A DNA stretch of 64,000 nucleotides from Callorhinchus milii. Its lineage: Eukaryota. The notes beneath the pieces are model-generated. The model saw nothing but the letters and a program-made list of their open reading frames with translations. It ran no database searches and was not told the origin of the DNA. The translations under genes and the position numbers were made by a program. Within the stretch, counting starts at the first letter, position 1. Each line of letters begins with the position of its first letter. The stretch is from the NCBI RefSeq assembly GCF_018977255.1, contig NW_024704743.1, positions 104,534,001 to 104,598,000 on the forward strand, read 5' to 3'. Shown here piece after piece: positions 12,626 through 25,693 of this stretch.

Positions 12626-13789
12626 CAGGAGCTCAGTGAATGATGAAGTAACCAGATGGTTGGGATTTCTCATAGTCTTAGTGCTAACATTCAAGATTGT
12701 GCATAATCCTGGAGAATTGTAAATAATCATAATGTTGATGGTTTTTTTTGTGAAGTTTGATTGAAGAACAAAAGAAAACATCTTTCCAAATTAAAATCCC
12801 ATTTAAGAAATGTCTTTAATTTTAAGAGAATGGTTTTAAGAGCAAGTCTCTGAGAAATGTCAGGTCTTCCGTACACAAGTGTAAGGTTCAGGAAGGAAGT
12901 TAGTGAGTGAAGGTTCAGCACAATCAACATAAAGTTAATGAGATGAGTGAGATAGTAAGCTTAGCTCTGACGATGTAGAGTTAAGAAAGGATGTGAATAA
13001 GGAACTGGAAAAGTCAGTAGTACAGATGAAAAGGGAAAATGATTAGTGAGCGAGAAACTGAGTTGGTCAGTGGAACACTGAAGAAAGAATATGGTAATAT
13101 GCGGAGGGACAATCTGGTGAAGGAGCTCATTAAATGAGAGGTGCTTGGCACAATTAAGAAGAAAGATCGATGAATGTGAGGAGCTAGGTTGATCAGGTCA
13201 GTGAGGAAGATGCATCCTGACTATAGATATGGACAAGCTCAATAAATAAGAGAAAGAATATTTCAGTATGGAACAAAGGAGCAGGCAAAAGAATAATGTT
13301 AACTGATCCTCTTACAGGTCTCACATGTCAGGGTACACCAAGGAGAGTCATTCAGATTGAATGGAGAGATTTTATTTTTCTCATAAACAATCCATTTGGC
13401 CTTCTTCTACATGGAGCTTGTTAATATCCTTGGTATGTGACACTATGTAGTGCTGACTTCACAATGTATCTGCATTAGGATTTTAGCTTTGTTAGAGGCT
13501 ATCAGATCTGGATAGTACACTGTTTCTCAGATTACATTCTTCCAAATTCAATTTCCTTTTCGTACAGTTAAATGTGAATAGGATCTTTGGTATGTATCTA
13601 ATTTCTCTACCTGATGGGTTCACTTCATGACTTATGAACCAGGCTTGTTGATCAGCCTCTTTCTGAAAATGGCAATGGTGCCGCTATCTGATTTTGACCC
13701 TGCAATGTAATTTTTATGAGTTACATATTGCTGCAAATATTTACACTTGACCACCATTCAGCTCCCTTTATTCAAGCCCCTTTCTTTGA

Positions 13790-14030
13790 CAGTATTCGAA
13801 AAGAGAAGGGAGTTTCTCCCAGTGTCATGGCCAAGAAACCCCCAGATAAAATTGGTCATTCACGTCATGGCTGTTTATGAAACATTGCCGTTTGTAAATT
13901 GGCTGACACATTCACCTACAAATTGCAGTCACCACATTTTATAGTAAATCCTTTGAAACACTTTGAGATGTCCTGCCTCCTGACATGAAAAGCGCTATAT
14001 TAAATGCAAGGATTATTATTATGATTATTA
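13790..14030 (+). mobile_element. Deu-type SINE 3' portion
   Basis: tattcgaaaagagaagggagttt...aaattggctg...gaaaagcgctatattaaatgcaaggattattatt. Confidence 0.75.
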
Positions 14031-14463
14031 TCTAAGCATCTCACAGCTAGTAGAATTTCGACCTCAGAGTTTATTTACAAGGTACTGAATTTCTCAGTGT
14101 AGAACTAAAATGGTAAACTGGGAACACAGTCTATCTGCTTAGTTTGAGCAAAAGTTCAGTTTGGAAGAAGGCAGAATCACAATCCCAGCAGGTTCTCTTG
14201 ATCTTTCTTTTGACTGAATCACATGTAACAAACTATTCCAATTGTAATACACACTGCATTTTGACTTTACATCAGCAATCTGAAGAGTTGAAAGCCTTTC
14301 CTTCAGATATATTCTCTTTGTACTACAGCCAGGTATCTTAAATTAAAAAGGACATAATCATTTTGTTGTAAAGCAAACATACGGCAAAAGAAAAATGTCA
14401 GTATAGAATATTCCAGATAACCTATTTGGCATTGATTTTTTATTTTTTACATGCTGTTTACAG

Positions 14464-14574
14464 GCTGTTCTCTGGAGGTACAAGTTTTCTCAACTGAAAG
14501 GTTCTTCAGATGATGGAAAGAGCAAGATTAAGTTTTTATTCCAGAATACGGACACAAAACAAATTGAAGCGAAG
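14464..14574 (+). CDS. SNTG1: Gamma-1-syntrophin, penultimate coding exon (AVLWRYKFSQLKGSSDDGKSKIKFLFQNTDTKQIEAK), syntrophin-unique (SU) domain
   Basis: 111 nt, acceptor ...gctgtttacAG, donor GTaatg; contains the LKGSSDDG syntrophin motif; absent from the ORF track, read directly from the sequence. Confidence 0.97.
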
Positions 14575-15779
14575 GTAATGGGTCGTGAAACAAATATCAA
14601 GCCAGGCAAACCTGTGTTAATGCTTTTTTTTGTGAAAAACATAATGCTTATGCATATTTTATATTTCATGGTACAAAATGCTTTGAAAATATATTAATAC
14701 AGTTGAAAATGACAACAGATTGGATATCCACTTCAATTGTGAGATGCTGAAATGCTGCTGAACTATTGACCTCCACAAAGAGAATCATCATGTGTTTTTC
14801 AATTAGATAGTGTGGCATCCTCCAGAGAAGTAATTACATTGCATGTGTTTTCAGCTATAGAATGTAATGCTGAAGCCCTCAGAGAGCATGTCACATGGAT
14901 TCATCTTGTGCACTGTTAATTGAATGTCTATTCAAATTGGCTCCCAGAGATCAGATCACGGAAATGTGACAGAAACTCACAAAAATGAATTCTGCAACAA
15001 TTATATGGAATGAGTATTTCCCCTTCTCCCCCATCCTTGACAGTTGTATGCTGTGGAATTGTAACCCACACAAGCTGAACTCAGAAAGGCCAACCTCCAC
15101 TCACAAGCTGCTGTCTCCTGCCACAAGAAACATCTCCTCAGTTTCCTGAGGAGCAGATTTAGACCCAGGTCCCACAGGGAAGAAGAAAACTGAACTCCAA
15201 AGCCTGTCTTGGCCAGACTAAATAGCAGAAATTCACCAAATTTGATTTGCAGAGCAAGCTTAATGAATAGAGTGGCTTCCAGTTGGTAGCACTCTCTGGG
15301 TCCGAAGGTTGTGGGTTTAAGCCCCATGTTAGGAGCTCAAACCTGGGCTGACATTCCAGTGCCAGTGCGGGGAATGATGATGCTTTGGGGGAAAAAAAAA
15401 CACGCCAGATATCAGAGTTAATTTTCTTCTTGGTAATATTATGCACGGTCATAATAGTCATAAATGGAAAACTGAAGTTTTAGTTTCTTTCTTTGAAATG
15501 CTTGCAATTCTTCTATGGTTACAAGCAGTAGATGGTAACTAATGGGATCTAATTTCCAAAATAGTTTTAAATAGCAGACCCTGCAGTTTCTGGGTGTGTC
15601 TGAAGCTGATCCTCAGGAACTTTACTCTGGAGCTGATCTCAATTTTGTTTTCCATGAATCCTAATTAATAATAATCCTTGCATTTGATTTAGCACCTTAT
15701 CACATCATTAAGATGTCTCAAAGCACTTCACAGAAACTATTGTATATATTGACTGTACTTTATGGGTGCAGAGAACTCT

Positions 15780-16800
15780 GGTACCCATCAGGAAATCTGG
15801 GTCAATCAATGTTCAAGAGAAACACATGAGGGTTGTTCTCAGATGCATGCCTGCAGGATTCACGAATTACAAATCCATTATCTGACAAATTGGATTCCAT
15901 TCTTGAAACCAGCATTCATGGGAATAAAGGTTCCAAATTAATGATTTCTCTCAAGCAGAATTCCTACCGGTCAGTGCAACATAATTCCAGTTACAGGAAG
16001 GAGGCCCTAAATGCACAGCTTGAATTTCATATTGAAGAAAATTGCAAATCAAATGGCATTGTAGAAGATCTGGTTAGAATTGACAAGATCTGCAGTGAAC
16101 AAAATGCTAGTAAGCATAATATCAGATGTTATCAATGGTCATTTGAAGAGCACAATTGCTTTCAGGGGCAATCAATATGGGTTAAGAAACAATAGATCAT
16201 GCCTCACAATCTACTGGAATTATTGAGAAACAGCTAAACTGAACGATGAAGACTATCCAGCATTTGATAAAGTTGCACATGTGAGATTTTTTAAAGGCTA
16301 AAGCTCATGGAATTAATGCCAAATTAGCAAATTGTGATGAAAGCAGGATTGGCAATTGTAATAATAAATGATAAAAGCTGTAACTGATGACAGTTTTGGT
16401 TATCTACTGTATACCCTAGTACTTTTGTAGTCATAATAATTCAAGAGAGAACGCCACTTGTAGCACTATAAATTTTGCTGATGATACCAAACTATGTGGT
16501 CAGGTGAATAATATAAGATGATATGTGGTTATCACGAAATTCTGGACCTATTGAGTAGATAGGCCAAGGAGTGAGGGGTGGATTTTAATGTAGAATTCTA
16601 AGGCATAGATTTAAAATTATTAAGTCTCAAACATGAATATAGATTTGAAGATTATTTTTCCCACAGGGTAGTAGTGGATATGTGAAGGTGACTCCCAACA
16701 AAAGCAATGCTGCATTGAAATAGGAAGACAGTAGGATGGATATTCTGAAAAGGTGTGATCAAGTGGCTTTCTTCATTCATAGCCCTCTTGCGGTTGTGTA
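15780..16800 (+). mobile_element. Highly decayed CR1 LINE ORF2
   Basis: Remnants taccggtcagt (YRPV-like), gcatttgataaagtt (AFDKV), tttgctgatgataccaaacta (FADDTKL), ttcccacagggtagt. Confidence 0.8.
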
Positions 16801-17809
16801 AACTCCTTCAAAATAGACATGGATAAGCTTCTTCTTATGAACAGTAGTGGAGAAGATAGGGGTATGGTCTTAACAAAATGAACCGTTACCTCACGGGACA
16901 CGTTTAGGAGAGTTTTATGCTGTGAAGCAGATGGATTAATGAAATAAAGTGATTATATTGGCTTAGGCACCAAGCACTAATCCATTTGAAAGATCTTATA
17001 TTCATAAAATGAGTACCTGGAGATCAACGGGTTGAGTTGCTTATGGTTTTATCTTAGAGAAAGCTCTGCTTTATTGTGGTAGGAAAATACAAACTGCAGT
17101 TTACCAGTAAATAAAGATGCTTTCAAATTGAAAGAGCTCAACATCTGCCAACAAAAACAGTCATTACTGTATTATTTTAACTCAATCAAAAAAAACTGGA
17201 TTAGCATCTGCTGGAGTCCTGTATTGGTGGATAAGGGGTAAGTGCAGAATGAAATGAAGAAGTGCTTCATCAAAGACAATTAATTTTTAGTACTGGAGCC
17301 AAGGAGAAGGGCAGTGGACATATTATTAGTGGAGGCCGAGGTTCACAAGCTCATAAGATTAGTCTGTATGAAGAAGGCCCATCGGATCTCATTCCTTCAG
17401 AACACCCATCCTACTGTCCTCCCATCACTGCATCAAGATGCTTTTTAAATGAGTCCAATCTCCTGCCTCAACCATCCTTCTTGGCAACCTGTTCCAGTCA
17501 TTAATTAGCTGAAGAGAGGAAATGTGTGAGTGGTTGAATAATCTACAGCCTGGTCATAATTCTCCAGGGGCTTTAAGTACCTCTGTCCCTTCGTTCACCT
17601 ATATTATCTCAGCTGTTCCATTCACTCAGCGACTATTGGCCTATTCCATTTCCTCTGCACTATCTGCCCCACTATCGGCAGATGGGCTTTCAAGCATTGA
17701 GCCTCCATTTTCTGGAGCCCTTCTGATTTGCTCCCTCCTTTCCAACACCCATCTTAAAATACCGTTTTAACTGATCTTTCGGTCATCAGCAGAGAGGCTG
17801 AAAGCCCTT

Positions 17810-18210
17810 GGTTTTTGAGCCAGGTGCGTTTGACAGGAAGCATCTGATCCTTGAGGGAGCAGAGGTGGCTGGGGTCCAGGGTGAGGTTCGTGAGTAGGAG
17901 GTGCTTCAGGAGATGAGGGCCTCAAGGGCATCAAGAGTAGTGGAGAGGGAATTGTGAAGGAGAGTGTGTGAGGAGGTTAAATCAGTGTGGGAGGTAGGTC
18001 AAAGGGTTCAGTTGACTCCAGAGTAGCAGAGAGGGATTGAGGGGGGAGATTTTGTTCCAGGGGCGGTAGGAGATGGAGGTCGGTTGGGGCGTGGTGGGGT
18101 GTAGGGTTACGGAGTTAAAGGAGACGAAATGGTGATCGGAGATGGCTTTGTCTGTGATTGTGATATCCAGATACTGAGGCCCTGGATTGGGAGTGGTAGA
18201 TGAGGGTGAG
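17810..18210 (-). mobile_element. L2 internal fragment incl. end of APE endonuclease
   Basis: Minus-strand frame with ISDHHFVSF (SDH motif) then SYRPWNKI, matching the region near 11000-11250. Confidence 0.75.
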
Positions 18211-19227
18211 ATCCATAAAACCTCCATAAAAACAGGGCGACTGTGGAAGAAGCAAGCTTGATGGGAAAATGGACTTTCCATATTCCACATGTTATTAAAT
18301 TATTATATTCTTACGACATGCTTCTTACTATAGCTGCTTAATTATGTTGTTTGGTTGTGAACAATATTGCCCTCTACTTTTAGCAATTGTACTTCATTGA
18401 GATAAATTGGTGAAAAATCTTGTTACAAGCAAATACGGCTGAAATCCAAAAAAGACTCTGACAAATGAAAAATAGTAGGTCAATAAATGTTACTGACAAT
18501 CAAAGAATCATTCTTATGTAGTCTTTGTTTGTAGAATAGCATAGAGCTGTTAATGGAATAATGATTCACTCAAGTAATAATTAACATATTCATCTTTTAA
18601 AGATGAAATTACAAACGGCTGAAGACATGCTGCTGAAGTGCCTTTGAATGTATAAATTGCTAAAGGAAAGAAAATTATGCCAATTATTTATCAGTAGGAT
18701 GTGGGAAAGAAGGTGATGGGATTTGACATTTTAAGAGTCCATGCATTCCTTATGGAAGCAGAAGTAAAACTGTACTGAAATGGATTACAATTTCTTTAGA
18801 ATGGGTAAGATGTCCAAAGACATCTTTAATTTAGGTTGTTAACAAGCAGCTGATCAATTGAGCTCTGAAGTAGCAATGAACTTAATCAAGGAAAGTCATT
18901 TGTTTTAATACCTAGACAGGCATCTAAATTTCACTCATCAGCCCTTCCAAAACTAAAGAATCTACTATCTGGACAATGGTCAGCAGGAGAAAATGATACT
19001 GAACATTTTTATATTTCACACAGAGTGATCGTTTAGCCCACAGATTTCTGTCAGTTTGGGGATGGTGACGAGTTTAGATCAACATTAGTTGAAATTCTTT
19101 AATGGCCAGTTGGAACCAGATTTGGAAGATTTGACATGATCATATGGAGCCACCAAGCCATTTTGGAGCTTTCAATGCTTGTCTCCATTTAGCTGAAAGA
19201 TTTGAAAGGTTTATTTTCTGCTGAGCG

Positions 19228-19467
19228 AGGGCAAAGTTAATGGTTAGAGCACTTGCCTCCAAGCAAGAGGACTTGATTTTGATTCCTGGCAAGATGAAAT
19301 GTTGGGCAAGTTTCCTTACTCCACATGCCTCTGTTTACCTAGCAGTAAGTAGGAACCTGGTTGTTGGTCGATCGGCAGATTGCTTTTCTGGAGGTAATAA
19401 TCCCTTCAAAAAATAACAATAAAGAAATTTGGCCACTCAATCCATGACTGCTTGTGGAACACTGCTG
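19228..19467 (+). mobile_element. Long-form SINE, 5' part (split by L2)
   Basis: tggttagagcact head; ttgggcaagtttccttactccacatgcctctgtttacctagcagtaagtagg CORE-like block. Confidence 0.88.
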
Positions 19468-19469
19468 CC

Positions 19470-20832
19470 AATGGCGCTCACACTACCATTCCATCTCCAA
19501 CCTACCCTTCCTTGCCAAAATCCTGGAATGCATTGTTACAGGTAAACTTCAGTCACATCTTTCCCTTCACTCCCTCCTCGAGCCCCTGCAGTCTGGTTTT
19601 CGCGCTGCCTACAGCACAGAGACAGCACTTGTCAAAGTCACAAATGACATTCTCTCTATCTGTGACCAGGGCTCCCTCTGCCTCCTCGCCCTCCTGGATC
19701 TCTCTGCCGTGTTTGACACAGTCAACCACCCCATCCTCCTCCACCGCCTCTTCTCCCTCATCTACCTTAGTGGGACCGCACTCGCATGATTCGAGTCCTA
19801 CTTAACCAACCACCTCCATTTCATCTTAGCAAATGGTTTCTCCTCCCGCCTTGGCCCGGGCACCTGCAGGGTACCCCAGGGCTCCATCCTTAGACCTCTT
19901 CTTTTCCTTATCTATATGCTCCCTCTGGGTGATGTCATCCACAGACAAGGGATAAACATCCACCTGTATGCGGAGGACACATAATTCTACTTTGTCTCCT
20001 CCAGTACCAACTTCAGGCCTGCCGATATTCTACCAGCTTGTCTGGCAGACATCAAAGTCTGGATGAGTGAAAACTTCCTGCAGCTGAATATAGACAAGAC
20101 ATAAGCCATACTCCTTGGCTTCTGTCAACGTCTTCACTCCCCAAACTCCCTGGGCTCTCCCTCAGACTTACCGAATCAGTGCGCAATCTAGGCGTCTAGT
20201 TTGACCTCCAGCTGTCCTTCCTCCCCCACATCTAGTCCCTGACCAGGACTGCCTTCTTCCAACTCCGCCACATTGCCCTCCTCCGACCGTACCTTACCCC
20301 AAATACAGCCGAAACCCTCATGCATGCATTTGTCACTTCCCGTTTGGATTACTCCAATGCACTCCTCGCCGTTCTCCTCGGCTCCACCATTCAAAAGATC
20401 CAGCTCATTCAAAACTATGCAGCCCGCATGCTGACCCGGATCAAAACCTGTACCCACATCTCACCAGTTCTGGCCAGGCTCCACATCACCGAACAGATCG
20501 ACTTCAGGATCCTCACACTCATGTTCAAATCCATTCACTCCCTGGCACCTCCCTATCTCTCCAATCTCCTCACTCCCCAATCCATCACCCGGCACCTCTG
20601 CTCGACCTACCTCAATCCCTCCGCCTTGCCCCCAGTCTCCCTCAATTCCTCTACTTTGCCCCCACTCTCCCTCAATCCCTCCGCCTTGCCCCCACTCTTC
20701 CCTCTTTCAAGCTACACCTGAAAACTTTCCTCTTCAACCGTGCTTATGGCCACTTCCCCCAGTCTCAGAGTCAGGCTCCGCCACTGTTAAGTGCTCTGGA
20801 GGGTCCTATATAAGTGCATGTTGTTGTTGTTG
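19470..20832 (+). mobile_element. L2 LINE (tail type B), 5'-truncated, with stops
   Basis: [38 protein letters not shown]; tail ggctccgccactgttaag...tatataagtgcatg(TTG)n. Confidence 0.94.
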
Positions 20833-20943
20833 CCGCATTTCGCTCACAAAATACAGTCAATTCACTTTATAGTATATTCTGTGAAGCGCTTTGAGATGTT
20901 TCGAAGACGTGATAAGGTGCTATATCAAATGCAAGGATTATTA
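20833..20943 (+). mobile_element. Long-form SINE, 3' part
   Basis: gccgcatttcgctcacaaaatacagtcaattcac...tatatcaaatgcaaggattatt continues the SINE broken at 19467. Confidence 0.88.
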
Positions 20944-21724
20944 ACATTAAACTGGATTCCTTCATTGGAGCAATCAGATTAAATTTACAATACTATTGCT
21001 GGTTGTCATCAGGGATTCTTAGATACAAAATAAGTTATTTTCTCAATGGTCCCAGGAACTGTGGACATAAAAATAAAGATAATTTTGTCATTAACATTTT
21101 AAAGTTTAATGCTACATATTTATGTTTAAAATGAGATTCCCTTGCAGTGTCTGCACAGCTTCATTTTCAATATTCATCCTCACAAAGATGTCAAGGTAAG
21201 TACGATTCAGATCATAGTGTGAGACTGTCTGAACAACAGTTAAAAGCTCCACAATGATCTCAATGTACATTTTTATAAACACAATTGGAAAATTTGGACC
21301 ATAAACATCCCAATGACTCCTTTAATAGTTAAAATAGTTACATGCCTAAATAAATTCACAATTGAAAACTTAAAAAAAATTGAAACTGGACAGAGATTAT
21401 TATATACATTGTTATCCTCAGCTAAGTTTCATGTTATTATTGAATCTTTAAATCATACTTCAATGCTTCACCAAAATGAATCAGGTTTTGTTTTGTCAGT
21501 TATTTGAATATGTCTCATTTTGAATGAAGTAACAGCTTCAATTTATAACATGGAGAATAATGCTCAAGTGAAATTAATTATGTAATCTTTGACATTTGGA
21601 TTTAATGCAAAAAGTAGTAAACCTTTATAGAAATAAATCCTCATTTGAAAGTGTTGTTGGAGAAACAATCTGGAAATATTTGAAGTACTGGAAATGTGAC
21701 AAGAAGAGAACAGACAAAGAGGGG

Positions 21725-22035
21725 AGGGGTCCTGTAGCTCAGTGGTTAGAGCACTCACCTTGCAAGCGAGACACCTGGGTTCAATTCCAGGCAAGGCAAA
21801 ACCTTGGGGAAGTTTCCTGACTCCACACGCCTAATAATAATCCGTCCAAAACAAAACAATAATAAATTGGTCATTTTCAATCTACGACTGTTTGTGGGAC
21901 ACTGCTGTGCGCAATTGGCTGCCGCGTTTCACCCACAAATAAATGGTCAATTCACTTTACAGCATATTCTGTGAAGCGCTTTGAGACGTCTAGAAGACGT
22001 GAAAAGGGCTATATCAAATGCAAGGATTATTATTA
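21725..22035 (+). mobile_element. tRNA-derived SINE, short form
   Basis: tagctcagtgg A box, ggttcaattcc B box, (ATT)n tail. Confidence 0.95.
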
Positions 22036-23351
22036 ATATAATAGAGAATGAATACCCATTGTTATAGAAGGTACTGAAAACTTGAGTCCCATTTGCCTGC
22101 TTATGCATATAATTTTATATATATTGAACGATATGATCAATTAAGGTTGATGGCTTCCATTGCAGTCATTTTCAGGCTCAGATTTTCAGTTTGGTTGAGA
22201 TCACTTAGGATGGAAATTTAGGACTTACACCTGAGTAAATTATAAATGAATCTCTGCAAGCCTAGATTGAAAATAACCAAGTATTTATTGGAAGTGAAAA
22301 TCCAAAGCACCTGCAGTTTATTAATGTGATAAGTTATTGTTTGCAGAGAAATGAGAGGCTCATGATTTAAATCACTCACACCTTACCCTCTGGTAATATC
22401 TGATTACAATTTAAGTACTCCTTTGTTTATTCCCAATATTCTTTTGATTATCATTGACATGTGAGGATTTATTGGTACAACACTCAATCTATCTGTTACA
22501 CATGTAGTTTTTGTCATGACCTGCTGGAGTTTATCTTCCAGTTGTGATGGTTATGCTAGCTTTATTTTAGGAAGGTTTACAGACTTCGATTGAAATCTAT
22601 AGCTGGACAAATCTCTGCATGAAAACCGTATTCTTATAAGAAAAAGTGAACAGCCAACAGAGGCTGTGGCATGTTTGCTAAGGTTACTGTGAATGCCAAA
22701 ATAATTCTTCATGAATAAAATATTTGCAATTCTCTTTAAAGTAACGTGTTTTAGCCACTGGAAATGCTGCCAAACCTGTCTGACTAAAAGTTGCTATACT
22801 TATTTCTTAGTCTCTTTTCACTAGTATTAAATTAAAGGTAGATTTGCAAAATTTGGGTTGTTCCCAAACCAGGTCCCCTGTGTTAAATAATTGTGAATTC
22901 TGCATATTTTGCCCCTCCATCGAAGGAAAAAAAACTTACATAACATTGCACTCACCCTGCTGAAATTTTAACCAACTATTTCAGCCTGATCATTTCTGAC
23001 AGCAATGTCAGTGAAGTATCATTGCCGTCAGCTATAGAACCATGGAAGCTATTCTGCCCATCGTGCCTGTGCTGGCTCTTTTAAAGACCAATCCTCTGAG
23101 TCCCATTTGCCTGCCCTTTCCCCATACCCTTGCAGTTTACAACTGTGGTTAAGCATTATTGAATCCTCCAGGATGTTCAGAGATGATCTGGCAGGTTTAG
23201 TTTAGTATTCTGAAATATGAAAATATTAAACAATTTAGCTTAATATGAAATCGACTTGAAACCGACAGGTGATTGTCTAGATTTGAAGCTAGTTCATGAT
23301 GTCTCCGAATGTTTGTTTTCCCTTCCTTTATTTTTCTTTCTTTTGTTACAG

Positions 23352-23483
23352 GAGCTGGAATTTTCCAATCTGTTTGCAGTTCTGCACTGCATACATTCCT
23401 TCTTTGCTGCCAAAGTTGCTTGCATGGATCCTCTCTATGTCGGAAGCCAAAGTGGTGCTGGGAAGGCGAAGTACAATAATTGA
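23352..23483 (+). CDS. SNTG1: Gamma-1-syntrophin, last coding exon (ELEFSNLFAVLHCIHSFFAAKVACMDPLYVGSQSGAGKAKYNN*)
   Basis: Long polypyrimidine tract then ttacAG at 23351; matches the SNTG1 C-terminus ELEFSNLFAVLHCIHSFFAAKVAC; TGA at 23481-23483. Confidence 0.96.
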   Translation, partial: ELEFSNLFAVLHCIHSFFAAKVACMDPLYVGSQSGAGKAKYNN

Positions 23484-24300
23484 CAGAGAGACTCGTATTC
23501 TTTCTATCCAGTTTGGAGGAGTTGATGCTGCTCTACTGAACATAAATATTTATCATACCACACCCATGGGGATTTGTGTACAAGGTTTCCAGTTCAGGAG
23601 ACATATTGTCACTTTGCAGTTCAGAAACGCATTCATCTCCTGTGCCGTAATAATGCAAACAGTCAACGAATAAGATGAACTGAAATCCCAGGAGTCTGCA
23701 AGCATAGTACCTTTTTGTGACTTCGATAGAGAACAGTCGTTTCCTCAATAACTGTAGCCAAATATTACAGTGAGACAATTCCTTGAATGAGAGCTGTCAC
23801 TGAAGCACTTATTGTATATAAGATTTCTTATTTGAAGGCATCTCTATGGAAGGACCCATGGATTCAAATGTACTTCTGGTGTTCCAAAGGTGGACATTTT
23901 TATGAATTTACATGACATTTAAATGTTAAAGACAGAAGGTTTATGCAAAGTTGGTGTTCAGGAATATGAAAAACAGAAATTAAGGATAAAAAATGGGCAA
24001 AGTTGATCATTTTTATGTAAAATAATTTTTGTAGTGGAAATGCCCTTATTTTTACAATCAGCCTGAGTGTTTACTGTTCCCATGTTAATTCTCCGAAACA
24101 CAAAATGTGAATTGTATTTCTTGAATAACATGTTCAGAATCTGTTCAATGTACCAGGCAGTAATAATAATTATTGTCTCTTTGTTGGAATCATTTGCACA
24201 AGCTGTTAAAATCAAGCTAACGTTTCTCTAGGACTATCAATAATTAAAATATAACATAACTTTCATTCATTAAAAGGAAATAACTGACTGCAAGACCAAG
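23484..24300 (+). other. SNTG1: Probable SNTG1 3' UTR (end uncertain)
   Basis: AT-rich sequence without recognisable repeats after the stop codon; ATTAAA hexamers at 24243 and ~24269; CR1 debris starts ~24370. Confidence 0.45.
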
Positions 24301-24749
24301 CCTGTATTTATTGATATAGCAACATTCTGATAAAAGATGCTTGTGAAAGTGTACCAATACAGACAGATGGACTGTTTACAGCATTTCAGCTATCTACTCT
24401 AACCACATCTCCTTACTCTTTACCCTGTACCCTTTCAATACGATTTTCCGTCAATTATTTATCTCATGTTCAACAACCCTCAAAATGTGACTATTTCTAT
24501 TACAAAAATGGCAAAAATTGATAACTGAACATTCAATATAGTCTTTAAACTTATAAAAGCAATTAAAATTATCGCCAATGTTGTCCAACACTTTTTATGA
24601 GGGTTCTGATGCAAGAGACACTATATCATAAATAAGAATGAATGATTCAGCTTTTAATTCTGTTTCTATCTCTTCACGTTCAGCAATGGTTATTTTTTTT
24701 CTTGTATTTGTGTTCATTTGTCTGTCATTTCCACTGTTATCCATAGAAT

Positions 24750-25070
24750 CCTAGAATTTTTTTTTACACTAATCCCATTCACCTCTCTCTCCCTGTACCT
24801 TTTATTAACATTGATTTTCTTCAGTTATTTATCAAATTACGTTTTATTTGTTGTTACGGACAACCTTTGTGTGAGAACATTTTCTATTGAAGCCTCGTTT
24901 TTTTTCTAGTGATGTTTCATTTACGCCCATTTGTTTGTAACTTGCTCATTAGTGGAAATAGTCTCTCTCTATTTACTATCAAAACCATTCATAATTTTTG
25001 AATCCTTCTATTATATTCCCCTAAAACTTTTTCCCCCAGCAAACAAAGGCCCAATGTTTAACTATGTAAC
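24750..25070 (-). mobile_element. Decayed CR1 fragment
   Basis: aacctttgtgtgagaacattttct (reverse complement resembles the FFTQRV region); tttactatcaaaaccattcataatttt. Confidence 0.6.
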
Positions 25071-25174
25071 TGTAACCTGTGCATAATGATCTAATTCACG
25101 GGAGGCAACATTTGTAGTATTCCTTAAAGTGTTCCTTGTGTTAACTGAGCCTTTGAAATACTGGAAAATGAGTT

Positions 25175-25365
25175 GATTACCTATTTGATATCAATACTAT
25201 CTACTTACCATCAGTGTTAAGACTATTTACTTACCTCTTTAGTGTCAATGTTAAGACTATTTACTATCCTATTTAGCACCAAGGTTAAGACTATTTAATT
25301 ACCTATCTAACGTCAATGTTAAGAATGATTGCTTACTTATTTAGCATCAATGTTAAGAGTATATT
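25175..25365. repeat. Degenerate minisatellite, ~34-bp unit, ~5 copies
   Basis: Recurring tgttaagactatttacttacctatttagcatcaa-like unit. Confidence 0.85.
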
Positions 25366-25367
25366 AA

Positions 25368-25693
25368 GTGGAGTCCTGTAGCTCAGTGGTTAGAGCACTC
25401 GCTTTGCAAGCGAGAGACCCGGGTTCAATTCCAGGCAGGGCGAAACCTTGGGCAAGTTTCCTTACTCCACACGCCTAATAATAATCCCTCCAAAACCATA
25501 AACAATAATAAATTGATCATTTTCAATCTACGACTGTTTGTGGGACATTGCTGTGCGCAATTGGCTGCCGCGTTTGCCCACAAATATACAGTCAATTCAC
25601 TTTACAGTGTGTTCTGTGAAGCGCTTTGGGACATCCTCCCGACGTGAAAAGCGCTATATCAAATGCAAGGATTATTATTATTATTATTATTAT
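25368..25693 (+). mobile_element. tRNA-derived SINE, short form, full length, young
   Basis: gtggagtcctgtagctcagtggttagagcactcgctttgcaagcgag...; CpGs intact; (ATT)n tail. Confidence 0.96.

Noticed and set aside
23296..23778. Alternative ORFs overlapping the last SNTG1 exon
   Set aside because: Off-frame or antisense shadows with no recognisable homology
25175..25365. CRISPR-like array
   Set aside because: Units are contiguous and mutually similar with no unique spacers; eukaryotic context, no cas genes
25368..25445. tRNA-Ala gene (and similar heads at 7.5, 21.7, 26.0, 32.2, 37.1, 49.5 kb)
   Set aside because: The tRNA-like head continues into SINE body and tail in every copy, and the acceptor stem is not convincingly formed
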